A stretch of 64,000 nucleotides of DNA from an uncultured delta proteobacterium (GCA_963827685.1 CAWHBU010000005.1:192001-256000); one strand, 5' to 3'. Positions 17,786 through 28,383 are shown, counted from the first letter of the stretch. The notes: generated by a model not told the origin, from the letters alone. Numbers and translations are program-made.

Positions 17786-18796
17786 TTAAGTTCTCTCCTT
17801 GATTACTTTCCGCAGCTCCTCTTTACTTGCGACTGCGGTTCCGACCTTTCCAACGACAATCCCCGCCGCATAGTTCGCTAAACTCGCTGCATCTTTAACC
17901 CTCACACGAGGCCCTGTTCCTAAAGCAAGAGCCATCGTTCCAATCACCGTATCTCCGGCACCCGTCACATCATAAACCTCTTTGGCGACCGTGGGGACAG
18001 GATAGGGTTGCTGATGAGGCTCGAAAATCGTCATTCCCTTTTCTCCTTGCGTGATGACTAAAGCGTTACACTTCAACCTCTTCAACAGGTTCCTCCCCAT
18101 TCTCTCCACTGAGAATTGATCGGTGACAGAGATCCTTGATGCTTCACTCGCCTCATTGGTATTCGGGGTAATCACGGTGGCTCCTTTATAAAAAAAGAAA
18201 GTTTTTAGCTTCGGATCAACCATGATCAATTTCTTTGAATGCCTCGCTTTTCTGATGATGGTTTGAATCAGCGTTCTCGTCAACAAACCTTTCCCGTAAT
18301 CAGAAATCACGATCCCGTCGAAATCTTCAATTTTGTCCGTCAAAAACTTCGATAGATTTCTGAAGGTAGAAACCTTGGGGTGATCGGTCGTCTCCCGATC
18401 AACTCGAACCAATTGTTGGTAATGTGGATGGTGAGCGATGATCCTGGTCTTAACCGTCGTCTGTCTCCCTTGTTCAAAAAATATCCCTTGCGTTTGAATT
18501 CCCCTTTCAACAATTCTTTTATATATTTTCTTCCCATTCTCGTCATCACCCACAATGCCACAGAGCGATACGATCCCTCCAAGTGAACGAATATTATGCG
18601 CAACATTGGCAGCCCCTCCAAGGTTAAAATCCTCTGTTTCCACAATGATGACTGGAACGGGAGCCTCTGGGGATATCCGAGAGACTTTTCCCAAAATGGA
18701 TCGGTCCATCATAATATCACCCACCACCAAGAGTTTTACCCGAGGAAAATTGTTCAATATGGATTCCAGCTTTTTCCGTTCACTCATCCTGATCAT
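17786..18796 (-). CDS. rfaE1: D-glycero-beta-D-manno-heptose-7-phosphate kinase (HldE kinase domain)
   Basis: RISPEAPVPV, GGAANVA, SDYGKG, DVTGAGDTV, VGKVGT. Confidence 0.93.
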   Translation of the reverse strand: MIRMSERKKLESILNNFPRVKLLVVGDIMMDRSILGKVSRISPEAPVPVIIVETEDFNLGGAANVAHNIRSLGGIVSLCGIVGDDENGKKIYKRIVERGIQTQGIFFEQGRQTTVKTRIIAHHPHYQQLVRVDRETTDHPKVSTFRNLSKFLTDKIEDFDGIVISDYGKGLLTRTLIQTIIRKARHSKKLIMVDPKLKTFFFYKGATVITPNTNEASEASRISVTDQFSVERMGRNLLKRLKCNALVITQGEKGMTIFEPHQQPYPVPTVAKEVYDVTGAGDTVIGTMALALGTGPRVRVKDAASLANYAAGIVVGKVGTAVASKEELRKVIKERT

Positions 18797-18809
18797 TTCA
18801 TCTATCCTT

Positions 18810-19757
18810 TTAATACTTTTTTCGCTTCTGAAAAAATTCAACCGTCTTTTTCAATCCGATCTCGATTTCAACCTTTGGCTCATAATTGATCATTTCTTTT
18901 CCCTTGCGGATATCGGCCAAGGAGTGTCTTACATCCCCTTTCCGAGGTTCTTGATAAATAGGGGATACCTTCGATCCGAGAATCTCTTTCAGGATATTCA
19001 GTAATTGGTTCAACGAGATTCTTTTTCCACAGGCAATATTTATGGCCTGTCCATGGAGGTGTTCTGCCGACATGGCAAGAAGATTGGCTTGAACCACATT
19101 CTCAATATAGGTAAAATCTCGAGATTGCTCTCCATCTCCGAAGATGATCGGTACACGACCCTGAACCAGGGCATCGATAAACTTCGGGATGACAGCAGAG
19201 TAGAGGGAGTTCGGGTCCTGTTTTGGGCCAAAAATATTGAAATACCTCAGGGAGATGGTTTCGAGACCATAGAGTTGGTAAAAAAGTCGGCAATATTGTT
19301 CCCCGATATATTTTTGTAAGGCATAGGGCGAGAGAGGATGGGAGGGCATTTCCTCATGCTTTGGTAAAGTAGGGGTATCGCCGTAGATGGAAGAAGAGGA
19401 CGCATAGATGACTCTCTTCACCCCTTTCTCCCTGGCGGCAAGAAGAATATTCAAAGTCCCTCCTGCATTGACTGCATTCGAGGTCCCCGGATCCTCTACA
19501 GAACGCTGAACCGATGGGAGGGCACCCTGATGAAATACATATTCCATTCCCTGCACCGCTTTTTGACAGGTACTGAGGTCACGTATATCTCCTTCGACAA
19601 TCTCCAGCGAAGGGTAGGTTTTGGCAAAAATCAAATTGTCTCTTTTGCCAGTGGAAAAATTATCGAGGACTCGAACAAAGTGGCCCGCTTTGAGCAAGTC
19701 CTCCGTCAGGTTTGACCCGATAAACCCCGCTCCTCCAGTCACTAATACTTTTGGCAT
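18810..19757 (-). CDS. SDR nucleotide-sugar epimerase (WbpP/TviC-like UDP-GlcNAc 4-epimerase)
   Basis: GGAGFIG, SVQRS, YALQK, LRYFNIFGPKQDP. Confidence 0.85.
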   Translation of the reverse strand: MPKVLVTGGAGFIGSNLTEDLLKAGHFVRVLDNFSTGKRDNLIFAKTYPSLEIVEGDIRDLSTCQKAVQGMEYVFHQGALPSVQRSVEDPGTSNAVNAGGTLNILLAAREKGVKRVIYASSSSIYGDTPTLPKHEEMPSHPLSPYALQKYIGEQYCRLFYQLYGLETISLRYFNIFGPKQDPNSLYSAVIPKFIDALVQGRVPIIFGDGEQSRDFTYIENVVQANLLAMSAEHLHGQAINIACGKRISLNQLLNILKEILGSKVSPIYQEPRKGDVRHSLADIRKGKEMINYEPKVEIEIGLKKTVEFFQKRKKY

Positions 19758-19876
19758 GTTAATCTCCCGTTGTTTCTATTTAACAAAATGATCTCAATTT
19801 ATCAAGGAATAATATCCCTATGATACGCAGTGTCTTGATGTAAAAAGGATAGGGAGACACTTCACTGAGATAATTA

Positions 19877-20968
19877 CTATTCGTTCCCCTTTCCCTCGAT
19901 TAATTTGACCGTTCGATCTGCTGCTAATCGGACGCCCCTCGGATTCCAATGGCTATCATCAAGAAAAAAGAGCAGGGCTGATTTTTCTTGGTATTCGTCT
20001 TCGAAGGCTTTTTGGGTATCCACGGTTTCAACCTTTCTTTTTTTCAACTCCTGAATCAGCTGTTCTAAGAATACGGGTCTTCGGGGGTTCGGCAGAAAAT
20101 CGTGATAAATATTTTCTTTGTTGGGGATCGGAAGAAAGATAAAGCGAATATTCCTTTTTCTTAGAACCTGGTTATAGGCTTCGATGGTTTCGACTGCTTT
20201 ATGGAGACGCTCAGCGGGCACTTCTTTATTGGCTGCCTCCCCCTGAACAAAAAGCATGGGGCCAAATTTTGAAGGAAAATGATAAAAATCCATGAGAGTT
20301 CCATTTCCTACTTTTGCCCTGACATAGTTCAGCATATTCATTTTGAAAAGACGGTCGAGTATCACCCCTACGGATTGAACCCATCTCGTTTGCTCTACTT
20401 TGTCTCTCCATTCATAAAAAGAAAGAAGCGCTTCCCTTTTTTTGGATGGTTTTGGAGGCGGCATATTGAGAATATCTCTCTCAATGAATGAAACAATGAC
20501 TACCTTTGGAGAATCTTTCTTAAATCGAAGATCCTTTAGGAAAGTATTGATCGATCCCACCGGGGCGTAAGGGTACACAGGAACTTTCAATTGTTCTTCT
20601 AAAACTTCAGAGAGCATCTCTTCTTGTGTCAGCCCAATGCCGGCAATATTCGAATCGCCGATGATGACTACCTGTGGTTTCATCCCCTCCGCATCCTTTT
20701 TCCGATAGCCATAGCGGTCCGTTATCCATTTCACCCTCTTGGGGGTGGCAAAAGAGGTATGATGCGCTAAATCCCCGCTGCTTTCCAATTTTGTTACTTC
20801 CATGCAGGGGTAAAAATGCCCAGGGAAAATTGAGTGAATTTTTCTTATGAGCAAAGCCTCCCAAACCCGAAAGGCGAAAAAATCGATCGGCAAGACGAAT
20901 AGTTCAATCCCGATCATGAGAAGGAAGGGACATGAGAAAAGGAAAACTTTCAAAATAAATTTTTTCAT
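19877..20968 (-). CDS. SGNH-like O-acetyltransferase (AlgX/AlgJ family)
   Basis: N-terminal membrane anchor, IGDS, PIPNK, DSHWN, next to an MBOAT gene. Confidence 0.8.
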   Translation of the reverse strand: MKKFILKVFLFSCPFLLMIGIELFVLPIDFFAFRVWEALLIRKIHSIFPGHFYPCMEVTKLESSGDLAHHTSFATPKRVKWITDRYGYRKKDAEGMKPQVVIIGDSNIAGIGLTQEEMLSEVLEEQLKVPVYPYAPVGSINTFLKDLRFKKDSPKVVIVSFIERDILNMPPPKPSKKREALLSFYEWRDKVEQTRWVQSVGVILDRLFKMNMLNYVRAKVGNGTLMDFYHFPSKFGPMLFVQGEAANKEVPAERLHKAVETIEAYNQVLRKRNIRFIFLPIPNKENIYHDFLPNPRRPVFLEQLIQELKKRKVETVDTQKAFEDEYQEKSALLFFLDDSHWNPRGVRLAADRTVKLIEGKGNE

Positions 20969-20977
20969 AAACCCTTC

Positions 20978-22438
20978 CTAAAATTGGAAATAGATAAACT
21001 CTTTGGTTCCAAAATGGCCAAACAATAGGATGGCCAAAACCATTGAATAATAGACGGCCCACCTCAGACTGATCCGCTTCTTAGATAGCCACTGGTCAAA
21101 ATGATTGCCTCCTTGCAAGAGATGGATGAGCAACAATATTCCAACTGAAACAACCCCCACGACCGATTGAAATTTCAGCGGCCCAAAAAACGGAGTGGCC
21201 TTAGGTGCCTGAATACCGAGGCCTCCCCATCCTGTGAATAAATGCGAGATGATATAGATCGCATCCGAGATGCTATTTGCCCTAAAAAATATCCAGGCAA
21301 AACACACCAGGAAGAACGTTCCCACTATTTTCAAACCATTATGAAGTCTTGGAACTCTATCCAAACCTATCGTCTTACGAACCTTCTCTCTAATCCCTTG
21401 CGTTAAAACTGAAAAAACGAGATAAATTCCGTGCAATCCTCCCCAAACGAGAAATGTCCAATTGGCTCCATGCCATAGCCCACAGATCAATAAAACCATG
21501 AATAGATTAAAATACCACCTTGGCATGGTAACGCGATTCCCCCCTATCGGAATATAGAGATAATCTCGAAACCATGTGGAGAGAGAAATGTGCCACCTTC
21601 TCCAGAATTCGGGGATGGATTTCGAAAAATAGGGGCGATTAAAATTATCCATGGTGGTGAATCCCATGATCTGGGCCGCTCCGATGGCCATATCCGAGTA
21701 ACCTGCAAAATCGCAATAAATTTGGAATGCGAAGAATAAGGTCGCCAGGACGAGGCCGATCCCCTGATGATGAGTCGGATCGTTATATACAGAATCCACC
21801 AAGGGGGCTAAGTTGTCCGCAATCACCATTTTTTGAAAGAGTCCCCAAAGCATCAATTTCAATCCGTTAGTCACTCTCGAATAGTCAAAACCAAATTTTC
21901 CATACAACTGGGGCAAGAACCTTGTCGCCCTTTCAATGGGCCCGGCCAACAATTGTGGAAAGAAAGCCACATAGAGTGCGTAGAGCCCCAAATGCTTTTC
22001 GGGGGACTGGTCCCCTCGATAGACATCAATGGCATAACTCAAATTTTTAAATGTGTAGAATGAAATACCAATAGGTAGAAGAACATTGAGCGCAGGACTT
22101 CCATAAAACAGGTTGTAATGCTGGAAGATGACTCTCAAGGAATCATTGAAAAAATTGTAATACTTAAATACAAACAAAAACCCGAGGTTGAAAAATAGAC
22201 TGAGGATTAGAATTGTCTTTCTTCTGGATTTTGTTGCAATTTTACCCATCCAGAGGCCAGCAGAATAGGTGATGAAGGTTGTTATGATAATTAAAATGAC
22301 ATAGGCTGGCTTCCATGAAATATAGAAATAGTAACTTGCCCCAAGAAGCAATATCCATCGGAAACGGTAAGGAATCGCAAAGTACATTGCCGTCACAATT
22401 GCGAAAAAAAACAAAAATTGCATGGAGTTAAACAGCAT
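20978..22438 (-). CDS. MBOAT family O-acyltransferase (AlgI-like)
   Basis: LPIGISFYTF, GPIER, FWRRWHISL, GLWHGA, FIYFQF. Confidence 0.93.
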   Translation of the reverse strand: MLFNSMQFLFFFAIVTAMYFAIPYRFRWILLLGASYYFYISWKPAYVILIIITTFITYSAGLWMGKIATKSRRKTILILSLFFNLGFLFVFKYYNFFNDSLRVIFQHYNLFYGSPALNVLLPIGISFYTFKNLSYAIDVYRGDQSPEKHLGLYALYVAFFPQLLAGPIERATRFLPQLYGKFGFDYSRVTNGLKLMLWGLFQKMVIADNLAPLVDSVYNDPTHHQGIGLVLATLFFAFQIYCDFAGYSDMAIGAAQIMGFTTMDNFNRPYFSKSIPEFWRRWHISLSTWFRDYLYIPIGGNRVTMPRWYFNLFMVLLICGLWHGANWTFLVWGGLHGIYLVFSVLTQGIREKVRKTIGLDRVPRLHNGLKIVGTFFLVCFAWIFFRANSISDAIYIISHLFTGWGGLGIQAPKATPFFGPLKFQSVVGVVSVGILLLIHLLQGGNHFDQWLSKKRISLRWAVYYSMVLAILLFGHFGTKEFIYFQF

Positions 22439-22481
22439 GATTCCTTACCCCAATTTCCACTGTTTGAATGGCCTTAAAGAA

Positions 22482-22862
22482 TTATAAGGGGATCCTGTCG
22501 GAAGGAAGGCACCGCCTCCTCAATTCTTTGAACTCCATTTCTAAAAGAGCGTACCGTTGCGCCAGATCTTTATTCTGACCTGTTAACTTAGAAATGACAA
22601 CGGAAAAATGGAAGACGATAAGGAGGAGAAAGAAAAAGGCGATTAAAACTACCGCAGACAAATAGAATATACCAGTGATTCTGACAAAAAACTGCGAGAG
22701 GAGAAACTCAGGCCATAGACTAAACACCAGGACCGCTATGCCTGTAAAAAGCCAGAGGATAGCATATTCTTCCCGAAGTCTCTTCTTTCTGATGAGCTCA
22801 AAGGTGATCACGAGCAGAATCATACTGAGCACACCAACAATGATTTGAATCTTGATTAACAT
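22482..22862 (-). CDS. DUF2304 membrane protein
   Basis: IRKKRLREEYAILW, three hydrophobic segments, coiled tail DLAQRYALL, follows a DPM-like GT2. Confidence 0.8.
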   Translation of the reverse strand: MLIKIQIIVGVLSMILLVITFELIRKKRLREEYAILWLFTGIAVLVFSLWPEFLLSQFFVRITGIFYLSAVVLIAFFFLLLIVFHFSVVISKLTGQNKDLAQRYALLEMEFKELRRRCLPSDRIPL

Positions 22863-22873
22863 CGTTTTCCCTC

Positions 22874-23605
22874 CTATTCCAAAAGGGGTGACTTTTTGAA
22901 ACAATCTACAAAAATCGCTAATAGAACCTTCACCATATAATAGATAGACCTGATTTTCGTAATCGAAGACTCCCCGGAGTACCTCTCACTCATTCCGACC
23001 GGAACTTCTCCCATCTTTAAACGACATTGATGGAGCAAGATCACTACTTCGGGCTCTGGATAATCCTGTGGATAATTCGAAGCAAATAATTGAATCGCCT
23101 TTCGATTCGCTGCCCTAAATCCAGAAGTGGGGTCTGTAATCTTCTGCCTCACAATCATTGAAATTACTTGGGAGAAGATGGAAATTCCTATCCTTCGCAT
23201 CGTCGATGATTTATAGCCCAAATCTCCGATAAAACGCGAACCGATGGCCACATCAACGTTCTTCTCTTCCAAAGCCTTAAGGAGTTTGCCAATCTCTTTC
23301 GGATCATGTTGACCGTCGCCATCGACCTGTATCGCAATATCATAACCTTTCTCATGGGCATACTGGTATCCCGCTTGCATGGCTCCACCGATCCCCAGAT
23401 TAAAAGGGAGATCCAGGACCATTGCGCCGCAGGCCTTGGCTTTTTCTGAAGTGAGATCCGTGGACCCATCATTCACCACCAGCACCTCCCCCTGTGGAAG
23501 ATGGGTATGAACCTGGTCCACCACCTTTTCCAATGATCCCTCCTCATTAAAAGCAGGGATAATCACTAATATCCTTTTTCCTAAACCCCTATAAATTGAT
23601 TCCAT
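22874..23605 (-). CDS. GT2 glycosyltransferase (polyprenyl-phosphate/DPM-like)
   Basis: IPAFNE, VNDGS, NLGIGGA, DGDGQH, DPTSGFR, YPQDYPE. Confidence 0.9.
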   Translation of the reverse strand: MESIYRGLGKRILVIIPAFNEEGSLEKVVDQVHTHLPQGEVLVVNDGSTDLTSEKAKACGAMVLDLPFNLGIGGAMQAGYQYAHEKGYDIAIQVDGDGQHDPKEIGKLLKALEEKNVDVAIGSRFIGDLGYKSSTMRRIGISIFSQVISMIVRQKITDPTSGFRAANRKAIQLFASNYPQDYPEPEVVILLHQCRLKMGEVPVGMSERYSGESSITKIRSIYYMVKVLLAIFVDCFKKSPLLE

Positions 23606-23982
23606 TCGCCTATATGGGACCCTCCTCGATCCTCTCCTGTATCCTATGCATCGATATCAGATTCAGAAGGGATCATTCTATGGAGTCATTTAGATTAAAG
23701 TAAAGAATTTATCATGATCTCAATATCGGATGTAGTCCAGATTAGATTATTAAAAAGGCTACACAGAACGTTTTCTTTCTAGCAGAAGAATTGAAATTTT
23801 CACCCTACAGTAAGATTAAATATTTTATAACTCTTTAGCGCTTTGAAAAATCGTCGTCATGGAACACCGCTCAGGGATGACCGCATTCCAAAACTTTGAA
23901 AGCATCCCTGACCGGGGGACCAATTTCATTCCTTTTCAAAGAGCTAAAGTGTTACAATATTTTAAATCATCATGAACGACTA

Positions 23983-24921
23983 TTAGACTGTATTGTTTGA
24001 AAGGAACTCTTTGTACCATTTGTACGTTATTCTTAACCCCTCATCCAGCAGAGTTTTGGGTTTCCAACCCAGGGTCGTTATTCTGCTTGTATCGAGAATT
24101 CTTGCCGGATTTCCGTCTGGTTTGGCAGTATCATAAATGATATACCCTTTAAAACCCGTTATCCTTTTGATCCACTCAGCCACTTCCGTTATGGTTGTAC
24201 CCACTCCAGTCCCTACATTGATTGCCTCATTCTCGTCATACTGATCCATCAAAAAAATGCACGCCTCTGCAAGGTCATCGGCATAGAAAAACTCCCTCTG
24301 GGGTCTGCCGGTTCCCCAAAGAGTGACAGATTCCTCTCCTTTGACCTTCGCCTCATGAAACTTCTTGATGAGTGACGCCACGACGTGACCTTCTTCATCG
24401 AAATGATCCTTGATCCCATACACATTTGCAGGAATGATTGATATGAAGTTTGTTACATATTGTCGGTTATAGGCCTGGCACATCTTCATTCCGGCAAGTT
24501 TCGCAACCCCGAAAGGCTCATTGGTTGGTTCAAGAGGGCCCGTCATCAGGTATTCCTCTTTCATCGGTTGTTGGCACCCCTTTGGATAGATACATGAACT
24601 AGCAAAGAAGAGAAGTTTCTTGACCTCATACCTGTAGGATAGATCAATTACATTGGTTTGAATCATGAGGTTTTCGTAGATAAACTCTGCTGGGTAGGTG
24701 CTATTGGCGAAGATTCCACCCACCTTGGCTGCAGCGAGAAACACATATTGAGGATTCTCTTTTTCAAAAAACTCTTTAACCTTCTTCCTCTCGGTTAAAT
24801 CCATCTCCTTATGGGTTTTTGTAATAATATTGGAATAGCCCAAGGAGCGGAGTTTTCTAACCATTGCCGAACCAATAAGTCCTGTATGACCCGCTATATA
24901 GATCTTGGCATTCTGTTCCAA
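23983..24921 (-). CDS. GDP-L-fucose synthase family epimerase/reductase (catalytic Tyr replaced by Phe)
   Basis: AGHTGLIG, AAAKVGGI, SSCIYP, WGTG.P.REF; NEPFGVAK in place of NEPYxxAK. Confidence 0.88.
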   Translation of the reverse strand: MEQNAKIYIAGHTGLIGSAMVRKLRSLGYSNIITKTHKEMDLTERKKVKEFFEKENPQYVFLAAAKVGGIFANSTYPAEFIYENLMIQTNVIDLSYRYEVKKLLFFASSCIYPKGCQQPMKEEYLMTGPLEPTNEPFGVAKLAGMKMCQAYNRQYVTNFISIIPANVYGIKDHFDEEGHVVASLIKKFHEAKVKGEESVTLWGTGRPQREFFYADDLAEACIFLMDQYDENEAINVGTGVGTTITEVAEWIKRITGFKGYIIYDTAKPDGNPARILDTSRITTLGWKPKTLLDEGLRITYKWYKEFLSNNTV

Positions 24922-24939
24922 TTCGAAACACCTCTTGGC

Positions 24940-26157
24940 TTATGTGTAATTCTCCAAAAAGTTTGCCACGGTATCCATGATATATTGAATCTCTTCCTCT
25001 CCTATATCTTGATGGACCCCTATGTGGAGCCCGTTCTTCCCGATATATTCAGCATTCGGGAAATCGTCAATCTTATAGTTCAAAAAACCAAAGCCATCGC
25101 ATTGGGTCGGCATGGAAAGGAAGAGGCTCCTTGTGTCAATTCCCTTTTTCTCCATAAAGTCGACAAGCTGATCGCGCTTAAAGGGAGCATCTTCCTTCAC
25201 GATGATAGGAAACGCATGGGGACCAATCCTTTCATAAGGCTCTTCGGTGATGGTGCAGAGATATTCTCCAAACTTTTTAAATCTTTCAATCAGGATGAGC
25301 AAGTTCTTTCGCTTCTTCTTAAATATCTGGTCAAAGATCTCAAGATTTCCCAATCCAACCGCCGCTTCCAGTTCGTTCATTTTGGATGAAAATCCTATCC
25401 TTTCGAATTGGAAACGGATATCCACACCATCCCCAGATTGGAACCTCTTGGGACAATAGCCGGAACTGATATTCAGGACACAGCTCTCGCACTTGCAGGC
25501 CCTCCCATGAGACCGGAGAGATCTCAGGATCTCGGCAAAGTCGGACCTATCTGTGACCACTACCCCTCCCTCGATTGTTGTGATGATATGAGCCACATAA
25601 GTGCTGTAGGCGGCCATGTCTCCAATGGTTCCTATGTTTCTCCCTTTATAAACGGCTCCGTGGGCTTCGGCTGCATCTTCAATAACATAAAGACCATATC
25701 TCTTGGCTATCTCCATAATAGGATCCATATCCGCTGGTTTTCCCATAAGGTGAACAGGCATGATAGCCCTAGTTTTTTCACTAATCCTCTCCTCGATTTT
25801 ATTGGGATCGATATTTAGTGTTCCTCGATCAATATCGACAAAGACGGGTATAAAGCCAGCTTGTAATACAGAGTTCCCTGTGGCAACAAAGGACAGGGCA
25901 GGTAAGATCGCCTCATCTCCTCTTCTTGCTCCGAAATCGAATAAAACGGCAAGGGCTAAGGCATCTGCATCGGCACCGCTGCTAACTGCCACGGCTTCTT
26001 CTGTCCCTACAAGCTGAGCAAACTTTTTCTCAAATTCCCTTACCAACTTCCCGCTTGAAACCCGATTTGAATTCAGAGCTTCGATGATGAGAGCTTTTGA
26101 TCTTTCAGAAATGGTCACTGTTCCAAATGGAATTCTCATACGATTTCTTTTCTCCAT
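24940..26157 (-). CDS. DegT-fold PLP/PMP enzyme of the His type (ColD/RfbH-like 3-dehydratase)
   Basis: PVHLMG, EDAAEAHG, STYVAHIITTIEGG (His at the Schiff-base Lys position), GRACKCESC...C. Confidence 0.75.
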   Translation of the reverse strand: MEKRNRMRIPFGTVTISERSKALIIEALNSNRVSSGKLVREFEKKFAQLVGTEEAVAVSSGADADALALAVLFDFGARRGDEAILPALSFVATGNSVLQAGFIPVFVDIDRGTLNIDPNKIEERISEKTRAIMPVHLMGKPADMDPIMEIAKRYGLYVIEDAAEAHGAVYKGRNIGTIGDMAAYSTYVAHIITTIEGGVVVTDRSDFAEILRSLRSHGRACKCESCVLNISSGYCPKRFQSGDGVDIRFQFERIGFSSKMNELEAAVGLGNLEIFDQIFKKKRKNLLILIERFKKFGEYLCTITEEPYERIGPHAFPIIVKEDAPFKRDQLVDFMEKKGIDTRSLFLSMPTQCDGFGFLNYKIDDFPNAEYIGKNGLHIGVHQDIGEEEIQYIMDTVANFLENYT

Positions 26158-26168
26158 CCATAAAGAGG

Positions 26169-27656
26169 TTAGGTTTCTTCCAAATACTTCCTCTTTAACC
26201 TTTTCGCCAATCCTTTCACAATCCCTCTAAGGACTTCTTCCCCAAATTTCTCCCTGATTATCCTTTGATATCTTTCACTGCTATAATACTTTACATACGC
26301 TTCATCGCGGAACCTCAAAACCTCCGCGCTCGTCAGATATTTGGTAGGAAGAGGCAAATGTTCATAAGAATAAGGGGAATAGCCTGCCCAGGTTTCAGGC
26401 AACCTCCATCCTTCAGTTACTGCCTGGTCATAGAGGGGGCTGCCAGGGTAAGCCGTAGCACAGTAAAGGTTCATAAACTCACAGTTCAATTCCATGGCCA
26501 GATCGAGGGTATCCTGCATGGAATTCAAGTCATCCTCAGGCAAGCCAACGATATAGTTACCTATTACATTTATACCTATCTCTTGTGTTAGTTTCACCAC
26601 CTGTTTTATCTTTTCTACTGTAATCCCCTTGGTAACACTCTTCAATATCCTGTCGTTTCCAGACTCAATTCCGTAAGCAAGCCATGTGAACCCTGCCTCT
26701 TTGAGCTTCCGGAGCAATCTTTCATTCACTGTATTGATCCTTGCATAAGCCCAGATATTCAGTTTATAAGGTCTCTCGATGATCAAGTCGCAGATCTTCA
26801 AAACGTGTCTCTCGTTGAGCACGAACATTTCATCTATGATCTTTATATTCCTAACGCCATAGGCATTCACCAAAAGGTCTACTTCTTCCACGACTTTTTC
26901 TGGACTTCTGTGCCGGATACCGGGTCCACCAAATAGCGCACTGATACAGCAGAAATGGCACTTAAAGGGGCAGCCCAGGCTTGTATAGATGACAGCGTAG
27001 GGCTCTCTTCTCTGGCCCGGTTCCTGGAAACAGTGCCAGTTGTGGGCCCTGTATCGTTCCATGGGTAGCAAATCCCAGGAGACATAAGGGAGTTCTTCAT
27101 CAAGGTCGTGGATAAGAGGGGCCCTTTCGTTTCCTATGATTTCTCCATCCTTACGATACCAGAGCCCCTTTATATCAAATACCTTCTTTTCGTAATCTCG
27201 TTTCAGGATTTCGACAAGTTCTGAAAAGGTATAGAACCCCTCGCCTTCGCAGACAAAATCTGTCCTCTCTTCTTTCATTGTTCTCTTAGGCAATGCACTA
27301 GGATGGAGTCCCGAAACAACTGTCTTGACAGTTAAATCTCTTTTGTGAATCTCTTCGAGAATTGCTCTCACACCGAGCATATTCATCGTTGATGCGGACG
27401 GATTGGTTCCTGAAACAACGATTCCAACAAGGATGGGATTTATTTCGGAGATTCTTTCAACCACACTGGAAGGACTCAACCTCTCCGCTTCTGCATCAAT
27501 GACCTTAACGACAAGCCCCTTCTTCCGAAGGAAAGTGGCCATGAGCCCAGCCCATAAAGGCGGTTCAATGGCGGTCAGGGAGTTGGCACTTAGCTCGCCG
27601 TATAACTCTTTCTGACTGCCGGGTTTGATCAGAAGAATGTCAGGCCTGCCCTTCAT
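26169..27656 (-). CDS. Cobalamin-binding radical SAM protein
   Basis: N-terminal B12-binding-type domain (EPPLW, GLHPSALP, GEGF) and CPFKCHFC. Confidence 0.88.
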   Translation of the reverse strand: MKGRPDILLIKPGSQKELYGELSANSLTAIEPPLWAGLMATFLRKKGLVVKVIDAEAERLSPSSVVERISEINPILVGIVVSGTNPSASTMNMLGVRAILEEIHKRDLTVKTVVSGLHPSALPKRTMKEERTDFVCEGEGFYTFSELVEILKRDYEKKVFDIKGLWYRKDGEIIGNERAPLIHDLDEELPYVSWDLLPMERYRAHNWHCFQEPGQRREPYAVIYTSLGCPFKCHFCCISALFGGPGIRHRSPEKVVEEVDLLVNAYGVRNIKIIDEMFVLNERHVLKICDLIIERPYKLNIWAYARINTVNERLLRKLKEAGFTWLAYGIESGNDRILKSVTKGITVEKIKQVVKLTQEIGINVIGNYIVGLPEDDLNSMQDTLDLAMELNCEFMNLYCATAYPGSPLYDQAVTEGWRLPETWAGYSPYSYEHLPLPTKYLTSAEVLRFRDEAYVKYYSSERYQRIIREKFGEEVLRGIVKGLAKRLKRKYLEET

Positions 27657-28376
27657 TTCTTATCTTCTCTGAAGTAATTCTTAGCTATCGCAAGCCTTTC
27701 GGGGGTCCCTATGTCAAGGAGTCTTTTTTCGGTAACGTATCCATATAAACCTTTATCTAAAACTTCTGGGAAGAGGTCGTACTCCAGTGACAGTTTCTGA
27801 CCCGATGGTATCTCTTTGAGTATCTTTTTATCAAAGACATACATACCGGCATTGATAAGATCATTTCCATTTACGGGGATTTTTTCACCAAAGCTAATGA
27901 TCTTTTGATCTCCATCCAATCTGATTACTCCATACTCTACAGGGGTTTCCATTGTGGTCACGGCAATCGATATTAGAGGCTCCTTTTCCAATATGGAACT
28001 TGATGAAATCCTCTATGTCTATTTCACACAGAGAATCACCATTTAAAACCAAAAACATATCGCTCTCTATAAACGATTCTGCGTTCTTTATTGCACCTGC
28101 AGTTCCCAGAGGTTGATCTTCGTCGGATACCACGAAGATCAACCTCCCTCTCTTATTCTTGTAATACCTTTTAATCAAATCCCCTTTAAAACCCGTACAG
28201 AGGATGAAATGAGTGAAACCATAACGCGCCACGTAATCTACCAGGATGTCCAGAAAGGGCCTGCCGCTTATCTCTGCCATTGATTTGGGACGGTCACCGA
28301 CGACATCTCTTAGCCTCATCCCCAGACCACCACAGAGAATGATCACATCCATATCCTTAGTCCTAATTTTTCTCAT
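27653..28376 (-). pseudogene. hddC: Heptose-1-phosphate guanylyltransferase (HddC-like), frameshifted
   Basis: ILCGGLGMRL..PKSM and LNGDS in one frame; EYGVI..INAGMY..DIGTPE in the next. One extra base near 27978. Confidence 0.8.
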
Positions 28377-28383
28377 GTGATTT

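Noticed and set aside
23871-23911. TCAGGGATG...CATCCCTGA inverted repeat as an IS end or terminator
   Set aside because: The arms are only 9 bp with a long loop, and there is no U-tract or second copy.
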